In this document: piece after piece, positions 40,339 through 53,980 of the stretch
Numbering within the stretch: the first letter of the stretch is position 1
Layout of the letters: each line of letters begins with the position of its first letter
Assembly: GCA_964016885.1 (NCBI GenBank)
Contig: OZ024746.1
Location: forward strand, 60,140,001 to 60,204,000
DNA from: Eledone cirrhosa
Taxonomy: Eukaryota
Length of the DNA stretch: 64,000 nt
Direction of reading: 5' to 3'
Translations under genes and position numbers: made by a program
The notes under the pieces: generated by a model
What the model was told of the DNA's origin: nothing
Seen by the model: the letters and a program-made list of their open reading frames with translations, nothing else
Database searches by the model: none

Positions 40339-40732
40339 AAATTATGAAATATGTTTAGAATGTGGCAAGTGAAGTTTTAGAATTGAAATAGAAATAGAAG
40401 TGTCACTGTAACATGGACTACATAATATAGTCTAATAATTTTTTCCATCCACTGAGTTTATACATCCCATTATTTGGATTGGTAGTATCAGTAGAGCATC
40501 GGACAACATGCTTGGCTGCATAGAGTTACGGCCCTTTACATTCTGAGTTCAAATCCCGCCTAGGTTAGCTTTGCCTTTCATCCTTACAGGGTCAATAAAA
40601 TAAAGTACCAGTCACTCACTGGCGTCGATTTAATCGACTTTCCCATCCCCCAAATTACTGGCCTTGTGCCTAAATCAGAAACCATTATCTAGTCAATGTT
40701 ACAATGATGCTTCTATTTCTATTTCAATTCAA

Positions 40733-40770
<38 letters not shown>

Positions 40771-40771
<1 letters not shown>

Positions 40772-41010
40772 AATGAAGTAATTCCGTCGGAAAGGTCCAG
40801 GAAAAAAGAGTGCTCTATGTAGGTTACAGAGCTTATTAGTTATGTAATAAACAACATAAGACAATTATTTCATTTACCAGTGGTTTCTTGAAAGCAAACA
40901 AAATTTGCTTTCAGTTTTCATTCTGATGACTGAAAGCAAATTTTGTTTGCTTTCAAGAAACCACTGGTAAATGAAATAATTATCTTATGTTGTTTATTAC
41001 ATAACTAATA
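40771..41010. mobile_element. Hairpin insertion, family H4
   Basis: ~85-bp arms 40834-~40920 / ~40924-41010, ~60 nt tail, microsatellite flanks. Confidence 0.8.
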
Positions 41011-41469
41011 TATATATATATATCATCATCATCATCGCCATTTTACGTTTATTTTCCATGGGTTAGACAGGTTGTCTCATTTTTGGATTTGACAGGACAG
41101 ATTATCACACCTTGCTTATATGTTCTATTTTTGAATGGTTTCTATGGTTGGTTACCCTTCCTAATGCCAATCACTTTACAGTGTTACTAGGTACATTTTA
41201 GTGTAACACTGGCATTACCATTTTCCACAGTGGACTAGATACATCTGATCGTGGGATCAATGCCATTACTTTTAGAATGCACTTGGTGGTACAGTATGGC
41301 ATTAACACTAGGAGTGAAAGATGGAGGGGGAGATGAAGGCATGCCAGAAGTGGCAGTCCTCAACCAAGCAGTGAGAGGGAATGATGGGAAGGAAAATGAA
41401 AATTGAAAGCTTGCTCTGACACTGTGGGATAACCACCCCTTTTTTAGCAAGTAACATATGTTTAATGCT

Positions 41470-43120
41470 TGTTCTCTCAACATTGACTCCTCAGCCAGGC
41501 CAAGGATAGTATGAGCACATAGCTCTTTTATGTTAATGATCTAGTCCTTACAGCTGAATCTATAGAAGGCAACATTCCAGACATGGAAAAGATAAACTAG
41601 AATTGAAAGGCCTAAAAGTAAACTTAACAAGGATTAAAGTACTGATAAGTAGGAAAGAAGACAGATTTTATACTGTCAGGGAAGTGCTTTTATCCAATAT
41701 ATCAGAAAGGGGTGGGCAGAAATTCCATCAGGTGCACAGTGTAATCTAAAAACACACAAAAGATTTAGTGGGATTACAAGCAGATTAATGGGGAAAATAG
41801 ACTTTGTATGCAGCAGATGCATAAGAGAAGTAAACACTCAGAGTACACATGAAATAGATTCCTTCAACTACTAGCTGGGAAGCTCCCTAGAAGATGTTGG
41901 CAGATTTTGTTACCTAAGTGACTTAATTAGCAGTGGGGAAGATGTTCTGCAAGTATGGTAACCAGAATAAGAACAAGCTGGAAGAAATTTAGGGAAACAG
42001 TACTTCTGGTGAAAACAAAAGGCTTCTTCCTGGGGGTGAAAGGTAGAGTATGAATCCAATATGTGAGCTTCAATGGTACATGACAGTGAGACATGGGCCT
42101 TGAGTGCAGAAGGCCTGCTAGAAATAAATCAGATGAGCATGCACCGGAGGATGTATAATGTTAGTGTGTATGAACAGTGAAGCATAAGCAAACTAAAAAA
42201 AAAAACTGTGTCTGATGCATTGTACAAAAGAGAAGATTGCAATGGTACAGAGATGTATTGGGTATGGAAGATGATGGCAGTATTTAAAAAATGCAGAGAA
42301 ATCTCAATGGATGGAGCCTGTGGAAGAGGTAGACTTTAGAAGTCATGGGATGGAGTTGAGAAGACCAACCTTAGGAAGATGAATCTCACAATGTAGATGA
42401 CAAATACCATGAGGAGTGGAGACATGCAGTCTTAGAGAAGACCCACCTACCAGCATAAAAATGTGACCTATTATCCTTCTTAACTCCCCCATCATACATA
42501 CCCCCCTTAATCTATGAATGACACCCCCCTATTCTGGCGCTATGATAAAATGCACACAACACACTCTGTAAAGTAGTTTCCAGACATGCAAAAAAGGCTA
42601 AAAAGGACACAATGACCTCTCTAGTGTTGGTGCCACAAAAAATATACCTAGTACACCATATAAGATGACTGATGACAGGAAGAGCATCCAGCTACAGAAA
42701 CTATACCAAAAAAGATCAAAAGAACTTTTCATTTGTGTCAAGGATACGACAACCTCTTTAGTGTTGGTGGTCTGCATGATAAACACACCCAGTACGCTCT
42801 GTAAAGTGGTTGGTGATAGGAAGAACATCCAGCCATAGAAAAGCTGCCAAACAATGGGTTGAGAGAACTCTTTGTGACAAAGACATGACAACCTCCCTAG
42901 TGTTGCTGCCATAATATAATACACTCAGTAGAGTACCAGAATATATATAAGTGAAATGCTTGGTAGAATACAAGAACATATGTAAGTAGGATACAGGCTC
43001 CTGGCCCATCTAAGAAACTAGTAGCTACACTTGAGTAAAGACTTGGTCTGTGATAATCTGTCCAACCTTTGCTAGCAGAGGAAAATAGACATTAAATGAT
43101 GATGGTCAACATGATGATAT
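41470..43120 (+). mobile_element. Decayed RTE LINE 3' portion with 3' UTR
   Basis: Nucleotide similarity to 4585-5600 along its length; followed by the ggcatccagc/minisatellite 3' region and an aaatgatgatg tail. Confidence 0.75.
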
Positions 43121-43193
43121 ATATATATACTGAAGGGGACTATACTATTATTTAAGCCTTGTGCTTAAATCAGAAACCATTATTAATTCTATC

Positions 43194-43865
43194 TAGAGCA
43201 TCAGACAACATGCTTAATAGCATGTAGTTACGGTCCTTTACATTCGGATTTCAAATTCTCCCATGGTTAGTTGTGCCTTTCATCCTTACTGGGTCAATAA
43301 AATAAAGTACCAGTAACACGCTGGGGTCAATTTAATCAACTTTCCTCTCCCACCAAAATTGTTGGTCTTGTGGCTAAATCAGAAACAATTATTAATTCTA
43401 TCTATATTAGAGCACTAATTGGCAGTATGGGTAGAGTGTTGGATAACATGCTTTGTGACATTTAGTTACAGCCCTTTACGTTCTGAGTTCAAATCCTGCC
43501 GAGGTTAACTTTGCCTTTCATCCTTACGGCGTCAATAAAATAAAGTACCAGTAATGCTCTGGGGTGATTTAATCAACATTTCCCTCCACCCAAATTGTTG
43601 ACTTTGTGCCTAAATCAGAAACAATTATTAATTCTATCTATATTAGAGGACTAATTGGCAGCATGGGTAGAATGTCAGACAATATGCTTTGCAGCATATA
43701 GTTACAGCCCTTTAAATTCTGAGTTTAAATCCTACCAAGGTTAGCTTTGCCTTTATCCTCACGGGGTCAGTAAAATAAAGTACCAGTAATGCTCTGGGGT
43801 AATTAAATCAACTAACCCTAACCCTTCAAATTGCTGGCCTTATGCCAAAAGTAGAAACAATTATT
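43194..43865 (+). mobile_element. Tandem array of three tRNA-headed SINE copies (single copies 9140-9310, 40478-40688, 63225-63395)
   Basis: Unit with B box gagttcaaatcc and core gcctttcatcctt.cggggtc.ataaaataaagtaccagt, repeated with ~236 bp period. Confidence 0.8.
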
Positions 43866-45555
43866 TCTATCTATATTCCTCCAAATAATATTTTAAACAC
43901 TTTGATTCTTCTAGCTCTTCTCCCTAACATCTTCATACCCCACTCCAATTTTCTACTAATTCCCCAAACACAACACACCATATTTTGCACTTCTGCAATT
44001 TTGCCGCCAAAAAAAGAAACGATTTTTTTTTTCTTCTTCTCTTTCACTATATCCTTCATTTTCTTTATCATTTGTATTTTTATTTATCTTTTATTGTTCC
44101 TGTTGTTGTTGGGCTTTATTTTTTTTTCTTCATGCTTTCTTTGAAAAATGTTTGGTATTGGGTAAACATTTGTGAAGCACCAACACCACCACCACCAGCA
44201 CTACTTTCACTACCGCCATTACCACAACACTGCTAACAGCAACAGCACAACCACTATCACCACAACTGCCTGCACCAACACCAACCACACCATCATCACT
44301 ATTACCACCACCATTGGCGCCACCATCACTAAACATCCACCACCACCACCACCACCAACCCCTTTACCACACAGATGTAGCTTGTTAAGGGCACCCTCTG
44401 AAGGTGTTGGGATGTTGATGAGGTTAGAAGAAAAGGAGGAGGGGATGGAGGGGGTTAGAAGAAGAAGTAGAAGATAGACAAAGGAAATTTTAAAGGGAGA
44501 AAGGGTAAAAGAAAGAAGTAAATATAAACAGAAGACACACATATACAGACAGGCAAGAAAGGAAAGAAAAAAACAATAAATAAAATTAAATATTTTATTT
44601 ACTTATTTGTCAGGTTCTTATGTGTTTTCCTATTTGTACATTACCCTATGTACTATACATACACTTTTGATGGGTTGTAGTGCACCTGAGCACTGTACAC
44701 AATATTTTCATTATTATTATTATTATTATTATTCTCATATGATCGCACCTTTTTTGAGGTTTCATCTTTTATTTTTCATGCAATCATTTAATTTAGGAAG
44801 TGATGAATTGGCTGAGTTAGAGGATAGAGGAGATGACAAAATGCCTTGTGTTATTTATTTTGGTTCTCTGTGCTCTGAGTTCAAACTCTGCCAAGGTCAA
44901 TTTTGCCGTTCATTTTTTGGTGGTTAATAAAATATAGTATAAGTCTAGGGGTAGTGAATTGGTGGAATTGTGAGCTGCAAAGACAAAATGCTTTGAGGTA
45001 TTTGTTCTGGATCTTCACATAGTGAATTCATATCCAGCATTGTCCTACTTGGGCAGTAGACTTACTCTGTCATCCAGTTTAGCTCTATTGACACCAAACC
45101 ACTTGAAACCTCCCTTGGTTCATCATCATCATCATCATCAACGTTTAACGTCCGTGTTCCACGCTTGCATGGGTTTGGACGGGGGTATTCCCACTTGAGG
45201 CAAGAGTGATTGTCTTGCTCGCATAGGACTGTCTGGCAGGTTTTCTACAGTTGGATGCCCTTCCTAACACCAACCACATTTACAGTGTGGGTCTGGGAGG
45301 TTTTTACCGTGTTGCCTACACGGCCACATTACAGCGTGGACTGTGTGTTTTTTTGTCGTGACACCTACACGATCTCATTTGTTTCGGCCTGGATGGCGTG
45401 GCACCGACATAACTTTACATAGAAGGGGGTTCTATGGTACAAAACTGTTCATTTTAAAGTGTTTATATTTATCTAAAAACGTGCCATGATATTTTTATGT
45501 AAGAACCACCTTTGTTAAGTTATATTCTAAACACTAAATGAGAAATTTAGTTATA

Positions 45556-45882
45556 GCAGATAGTTTGTTCCATGCTTCAGCAACTCTTTTTCATGTTCAG
45601 AGTTGCTGAAGCATGGAACAAACTACCTGCATCAGTTGTTAGCTGTCGGGACACTGCATGCTTCAAAACTACCATGCTTCCCAAAATTCGGCAACGCTAA
45701 ATCTGATATTCCCTCTCCATACACAGACATGCATGTATCTATGTGTACATCATGACTCATACACTGTTCACTTTCCTGTCTTTTGTACATTTTTCTATGT
45801 ACTATACATGCACCTTTGATGAGTTGTAGTGCACCTGAGCACCTGAGCACAATAATTTTCATTATTATTATTATTATTATTC
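45556..45882 (+). mobile_element. CR1-like LINE 3' end with short 5' inversion (3' UTR copies at 44635-44730 and 47390-47520)
   Basis: RVAEAWNKLPASVVSCRDTACFK fits the CR1 C-terminal RV..WN.LP..VV..FK motif; (ATT)n tail; 32-bp inverted copy at 45556-45587. Confidence 0.75.
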
Positions 45883-46207
45883 AAATTCTTGATTATTTCC
45901 AAAACTAACTGAAAATCATAATCAGTATCTTTCATTAAAAATATAGTAATGAAAGGGTTACGAAGACAGAATAGAACAGACAAAATATTGTAAGAAAAAT
46001 AGGAAGGTGGTGTAGAAGATAGGGGTGTGTGGTAGGGGAGATTGATGTAGGTAATTTTCTGGCAAATCATGTTGATGGTTTTAAAATCTGAGCAGAATGT
46101 GGAGTGAATTTCAAATGACTACCATTAACATTTAGATGTCTAAGGTGTGTGTGTGTGTTTTACTGCAGTAGGAAGCAGTGCAAGTATATGCAAATACATG
46201 CACATAC

Positions 46208-46284
<77 letters not shown>

Positions 46285-46604
46285 TGTATGTATGTATGTA
46301 TGTATGTATGTATGTATGTGTGTGGGGGGGGGGGTATGTGTGTAACCCATGGTAATGTGGAAGATGGACGTTAAACGATGAGGATGTATGTATATATGTA
46401 TGTATATGTATGTATATATATATGCACATATGTGTATGTGTGTGTATGCATACACACACACACACATATGCTCACACGAACACACCTCATCATCATTTAG
46501 TGTTTACTTACCCTGCTAGTAAGGGCTGGACAAAGTATATATTGTATATATCTATGTTTTAACATCCTGCTTTATATATATGCACACACACATGCATACA
46601 TCTG

Positions 46605-46640
<36 letters not shown>

Positions 46641-49144
46641 CGTGTGGGTGTGTGTGTGTGTGGGTGTGTGTGTATCATGTTTATATTAGCTATACTATAT
46701 TACTGGGAAAGAAACTGAGTTTCAGAGAAATCAAAAGTGGTGTTCTAGAGAAAAGATTGCACTGATATGGACATGTGATGTGTATGAATGATGATCACCG
46801 AGTGAAGAAATGGCAGGAAATTCCAGTGGAAGGAAGCTGCAGTAGAGGAAGACCTGGGAGGAGGTGGTGAGTGCTGATTCCAAATTGCTAAAACTTACAG
46901 AGGAGATGATGGAGTGCAGTGAGTGAAAAGATGGGGTGTTGAAAAGAACCCATCCAACCCATACATGTGTGGAAAAGTGGATGCAAAAACGATGATGAAG
47001 ATGATATATATATACATACTTACACAGATGAAGGCATGGCTATGAAGGTGCATGCATGGCTATGTGGTTAAAAAGTTTGCTTCACAAACATGTGGTTTGG
47101 GGTTGGTTCATTCCCGCTGTATGGCACCATAGACAAATGTCTTTTACTATAACCACTACTGACTGATGAGTATCTTGTAAATGAAATTTGGTCTACCAAA
47201 ACTGTAAGGAAGCCCATCGTCTCACAACAGGACAACTTGTCAAACCCATGCTAGCGTGGAAAAATGGATGTTAAATAGTGATAATGATGATGTGTGTGTG
47301 TATGTGTTTACGCTTAAGTCTGTCTGCGTTTATGTCCTGTAACCTAGCAGTTCAACAAATAAAAAAAGGGGTTCAATAAAATATATACATGTATGTCATG
47401 ACTCACACACTGTTCATTTTCCTGACATTTGTACATTATTCCATGTACTATACATGCATCTTTGATGAGTTGTAGTGCACCTGAGCACTGTACACAATAA
47501 TTTCATCATCATCATTATTATATACAAATGTGAGGAATCAAAACATCAAATATGTTAGAATTTTCTGCTTCTCAATAAACAAGCTCAATAGACTTTATCC
47601 AGAGCCATAATAATTCAAATGTAAAAGATATATATTTATATATAGAGAGAGAAAGGACCATATATTGTAGAGAATACACAATATATTGTATATATACTAA
47701 GCACATATTTCAGAGAGGAATATGTACTCTAGATGGAATCAGTACCATCATCATCATCATCATCATCATTTTATGTCTATTTTCTCTGCTTGCATGGATT
47801 AGACAATGTTGTTAGGTTCTGATACTCAATAGGTCAACTGACTGCATCTTGCTCATATATTCCATTCTGGTATGTCTTGTGGGGTTGAATGCCTTTTCTG
47901 ATGCCAATCACTTTATGCCATGTACCAGGTATAATTCATCGTGGTACCACCTCTACCACATGACAGGGTGGACTGAGTGCTTTTTATCATGGTACCAGCA
48001 CTATCCCTTTACAGGATGGGCTGAGTGTGATTTATTGTGGTACCAGAACTACCTCTTTTCAACTCTAGGACACTTGTGTACTTGGCCAGGCTGGGAAGGC
48101 AATGATACATATTACTTACTGAGGGTGAGGTGGCCTTAAAGATTGAGTGACAGCTGAAAGTACATTGTGGAATGCAGCCGTCTTTCGATGTGGGCATGGT
48201 TGCACAAGCACGTGTGAAATTGGGGATGTGAGGGTGGAAGAATAAGTGGTTGATCTTGGACATTGTCTTGGAGAGAGAGAGAGCAATTGACATGTGGAAA
48301 TGCAGCTGTCTGTCTGTGTTGGCATTGGTTGGAAAGGCATCAGAGATGTGATTGTTGGGAAGACAGAGGTGGGGGAAGATCATGTGTATGAGGGGGAAGC
48401 CTAGGTGGGAGAATTCAAATACTTAAGGAGGGAAGTGAAGGGCCTAAATGTCATTATACTCTTCTGCTTTTTACTATCATCCTCCAGTTTCATTCCACAC
48501 ATGTGGAAATGTGAGTCTTATTAGTATGTTATATCCCCAGCTGACTTGATTTTGTGTCATCTTCATAAGACTCAGCTTTGCAAAGTCAGACTTTACCACA
48601 TCATCCCAAATTTTCTTTGGTTAACCTCTTCCACAGGCACCATCAACTTTGAGTCACTTGCACTTCTTTATGCAACTGTTATCCTCCATACTCATCACAT
48701 AACCATACCACTACAGTCTTCTCTCTTGTACACAGCATTTGATTCCTCTTATGCTGAGCTTTTCTCTTAGATTATTAACACTTCATCATTCATGCATACA
48801 CCTATATATATAGGGTATCCCCAAAAATGTATACAGACTTCAACAGCATACTAAAATATTGCCTGTACAGGTAATCAGAGTATGTATGCATTTTTGGGGA
48901 CACTCTGTATATATATATGCACACACGCACACAATTGTATATTTCAGTGTATATATGCGTATGCCAATTGCCACAAACGTCATATCATATGATGATGCTG
49001 ATACTTACAATGATTGTGAGTTAATCATGATGATGATGATGATGATTAAGATGAATGAGATGATGATAACAATTCTGATCATGGTGGTGGTGGTGGTGGT
49101 GGTAATAATGGTGATAGCAATGATGATGATGATGATGATGGGAG

Positions 49145-49179
<35 letters not shown>

Positions 49180-49962
49180 CTGGTGATGACGATGGTGGTG
49201 GTGTTGATGCTGGTGGTGCTGATTGTGATGATTATGATGATGATGATAATTGAAGAGGAATTCTTTGAACTAAATACCCAGTGTTGCAGAATGTTGTCAA
49301 TGGTTTATTGTTGTCTACTTCACTTCACACATGGAATTTAGTAATGGGACTACTGTTGTTGTTGTTGATGATGATGATGATGATGATGCTACTGCTGCTA
49401 CTGATGATGTTGATGGCATGTAAATGTTGTGTGTGTGTATTACTGCTGTTGATGCTGCTGCTGATGTTGATAATGGAATGTCAATGTGTATACATCATCA
49501 TCAACCTCACTGTTTCACATCTATTTTCCATGCTTGTGTGTGTCTGAGTATGCGTTTATGCACACGTGTGTGTGTCTGAGTATGCGTTTATGCGTATATA
49601 TCTCTCTTTCTCACACACACACCCCTCTCTCGCCCCCCCCCCTCTCATCCTCTTTCTCTCTCTATATATATATATACACACACACACACACAATGCACAC
49701 ACTCACATACACACATACATAGATATATGACTGGATGTGTATTTGTATGTATGTATGTTCTAATGACATTGAGAAAGATGGGCAGCAACCAAGACCCTTT
49801 TTCAGGGTCTCTCTAGACTGGTGGATTAAAGGGAGTGAGTTATCTTAAGGCACTAGGCCTGGCCTGAATACTTGTCACAAAGCAGGCTCCACAACAAGCG
49901 CTCAAGCACAGTGGTTTGGAGAGATGTGACAAGGCTGTGGTTAGATGTCACACAATATTTAA

Positions 49963-50194
49963 CCCTTTCATGACTGCATTTCTAATGAAATACACTCTAT
50001 TTCAATTAATTAATGAAGAATTTTGAGGGATTTACTAAAATTATTTATTATTTCATCACTAAGATAGTAATTTAATATAAGGTTCTTATATAAAATTATG
50101 TTGGAAGATTTTAATTTAAATTGGAAACCTTTAAAATGGGTGGTTTTATTTTGTAGTACCAGAGCCAGTTCTTGCTGGAGTGATAACTAAAGGG
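49963..50194. mobile_element. piggyBac-like (TTAA) MITE (related copies ~1666-1888, 31760-32150, 50400-50490, 51395-51690)
   Basis: TTAA-CCCTTT...AAAGGG-TTAA termini, ~230 bp, multiple dispersed copies. Confidence 0.7.
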
Positions 50195-53100
50195 TTAAAG
50201 AGCTAGTTAATTTTTTTTGCTACTATAAATAATATGCAGGGACTTTGATGAAATTTTCAGCCAGATGCTCTGTGCACGATTAATCTGCCCCTGATCAAGT
50301 GCCAGTGTGTTTCTGGGTATATATGATATGTGTATTTATGTTTGTTTTGTGTATATGACTACATTTTGTGTTCCCATTTTTCCTCTAGCTCTTTTGATAT
50401 GAAATTGCCTGAAACCACCCTTGGTTCTACGATGCAAAACTAAATTACCTGCAGTATCTTTCATTAGAAATATGGTAATGAAAGGGTTAAAATCCAAACA
50501 TTATCAAAGGAGATGACTGTTATATAAGCCTTTCCTAACTAAAGAGTAAACAAAATTATGCACAGTATACATATTCACTTATATACATATATACTGATAT
50601 ATATACATACATGCATGCACACACACACATGTGCACACATACACACAGTGTTGTGGTAGCGATAGTAATGGTTGGAGTGTTGGAGGAAACAGGAGTGTTA
50701 ATCCACATGTTGATGAGGAGCTGGGAGTATTTTACACGTGTTACTCATTGGGTACACTTACCAGAGAAAGAGGGAGAATATCTGTGAATGTGTGTGAGAG
50801 AGAGAGTGGGGGGAGAGGAGAAAGAGAGAAGAGGAGGAAAGTATACATGTGATGAAGCAGAAGAGCTGACTCAATGATAATAATTTCAGAGGAAGAAGGG
50901 TAACGGTGGCTCTCTGAAAAATGTATGTTTATGTCTACATATACCACCATCATTACCCTACCACCACCACCACTACTATCAACTCCATAAACACTACTAT
51001 ACCACCATCCCCACCAGCAACTCTATAAACACCACTACACCACCGCCACCACCAGTACCATTGACTCTATAAACACTACACCACCACCACTACCATCCAA
51101 TCTATAAACACCACTACACCACTGCCACCACCACCACCCTTACTGAAAGAGAGAGAAAATAGGACAGTGTAAATTGTCAAAATGTATCTTCAGCTGATTC
51201 TTGTAGAAAGACTCTATGGTAAATACTATGAAATAGATGACATGTAATCTTATTTGGCTTTTAGTCCCTGGTTTTTGTGAAACCATGGTTGAGGAATTAC
51301 CAACTATTTCTGTTTCCATACACAGATATATGATGGCTGTTAACTCACTATCAAATATGACCATCTGTTTACACCCATTCTTCCTGCACTTTATCCCTTT
51401 CATGACCATGTTTCTAATGTAATACACTCTATTTCAATTAATTAATGTAAAGTTTTGAGGGAATTTACGAAAATTATTTCTAATGAAATACACTTTATTT
51501 CAATTAATTAATATAAAAGTTTGAGGAATTTACAAAAATTATTATTTCATTGCTCAGATAGTAACTTAAAATATGGCTTTTATATAAAATTATATTGGAA
51601 GATTATAATTTATATAGAAACCCTTTAAAATATATGGTATTGTTTTGTGGAACCAGGGCCACTTTTAGCTGTTTTGGTAGTTAAAGCTTCCACATTATGG
51701 GCTCTGAAAATGATGAAAACACACCAATATGGCAAGACTAAGACACCCAACTCTGAAGCAAAATGGCACTTCAATGAAAGACAAAGACACACACAAATAC
51801 ATAGTATCCCTGCTAGGGACTTGCCTTTGGTTAGCGATGCCATGCATCACAAAAATTGCCACATATCAAGAAATGCCTGTGCTTGAAGCTTTTTTAACTG
51901 AGTAAAGGCTTTGCATGGGGCCAATCCATTCTCTGAACATCCAATGATGTAGAACAGCTCTACATCATTAGATGCAAACGAAGCCGCAGGTTTTCTATCA
52001 GAGTGACCTTCTCCTATTAATGAAGAATAGGAGTCTCTCACTCCACAAAAAAAAAAACTTATTGGATGGCCATTGACTCTCCTGAGTTCCTCCGCCCTTT
52101 GACGGTTTCGCTTATCATCCCGCAGGGTGTCCTAAATTCCCCTCCTCACCAAGCAAGCTTGGCGGGGTTGCTGGTTTAGTCGCCAACAACCCAACCATGC
52201 ACAGGTTGTACTGGGTTACATGTTACCAGTAGTACTGAAGAGCGACTTCACATACATACATAGACACATACATACATACATTACATACATCCATTTGTCT
52301 GTATGTCTGTCTGTTCATGAATGAGCAGATTTTTGCTCAGAGACAGGAAGACAAACAAAAAATTGCAGAGGATGATGGGAATAGAGCCAGTGAAGAATGT
52401 TGTGAAGAGAAATGGGATGAGATGGTTGGGTCATGTGTTGAACAAAGATGAAAATGACTAGGTGAGAGGAGTAATAGAAATGAATGTGGAGGGGGGGGGG
52501 GTGGGGGGGGTCCAAGAAAAAACATGGCTAAAGATGTTGGAAGAAGAAATGAAAGCCAGGGAGTTGGTGAGGGGAATAAAAACAGTAGAGCAAAAGGGAG
52601 AAGTTTGTCATGGGGCCCTCAATGCTGACTCTGCTTTAGCAGGGAAAATGACCTTACAATGTTTGAATACATACATATATAAGCTACATATGGATGCTAT
52701 ATCTAGAACTTTCAAAATCTGTAAAAAAAATCTTTAGTTTTAAAGGATGAACAATTGGGCAAGGGATGACAGAAAGACCCTTTCTTTACAATCTTGTCAT
52801 TGGACAGGTGGCCATTCAAAATATACTTGAAATAACAAAGTGATACAAACACACACACACACATGTATACACACATAAATACATAGAGATTTCTTCCTTT
52901 GTTTATGAATGCCAAGGTTTATATTCAAGTCACACACACACACAAACACACACATTGATGATGTGGCATTGACACGGTATCACAATAATACAATGCTCGT
53001 TGATTTTACAATATTTACAATACAAACTGCTACAATAGAATCCTACATGTACATACCAGTTTATACATACCTGTTTATATATAATAAATGTGACATGTGA

Positions 53101-53638
53101 TAAAAATAATTAAAAAAGATTAAAAGATTGCAATAATTTTTATTATATACACACACACGTGTGTGTGTGTGTGTATATATATATGAACACACACAGACAC
53201 AAATATGTATATATATATATATGTGTGTGTGTAGAGAGAGATAGATAGATGGATGAATATACATGTAGATAGATGGATGAATATACATATGTTTGTGTGT
53301 TTATAACAATGTATACAATAAAACTGTTGTCTTTGTGTGACAATGCATTCCCGCATCACATGACAACATCACATGATTACCATCACATTGTCTTGTCTAG
53401 AATGTTCCACCACAATAATTTGCAATAATTTCAACTTCTGTTTTTCAAACCTTTCAATTCCTACTGACACAGATTATTATGGTCAAAATACTGTTGTGTG
53501 TATGTATGAGTGGTGCGTATGTATATGTGTATGTGTGAAGAGAGAGAGAGTCAGTCAATTCAATCTTGGCATTGAAATAATTTCATCAAGTTGTTTACTA
53601 ATCTCTTCCTCATTTTCCCTTCATACACACACACTCTT

Positions 53639-53686
<48 letters not shown>

Positions 53687-53980
53687 TGTCATGACAAAAA
53701 TCACCCAGCCCACACTGTAAAGTGGTCGTGTAGGTGTCACAACAAAAATCACCCAGCCCACACTGTAAAGTGGTTGTGTAGGTGTCACAAAAAAAATCAC
53801 CCAGCAACACACTGTAAATGTGGTTGGTGTTAGGAAGGGCATCCAGCTGTAGAAACCAAGCCAGAAACAGTTCGAAATGAGCAAGACAAGGTCATCTGAC
53901 CCAACCCGTCTAACCCATGCTAGTGTGGAAAAATGGACGTTAAACGGTGATGATAATGTATATATGTGTGTTTGTATATA

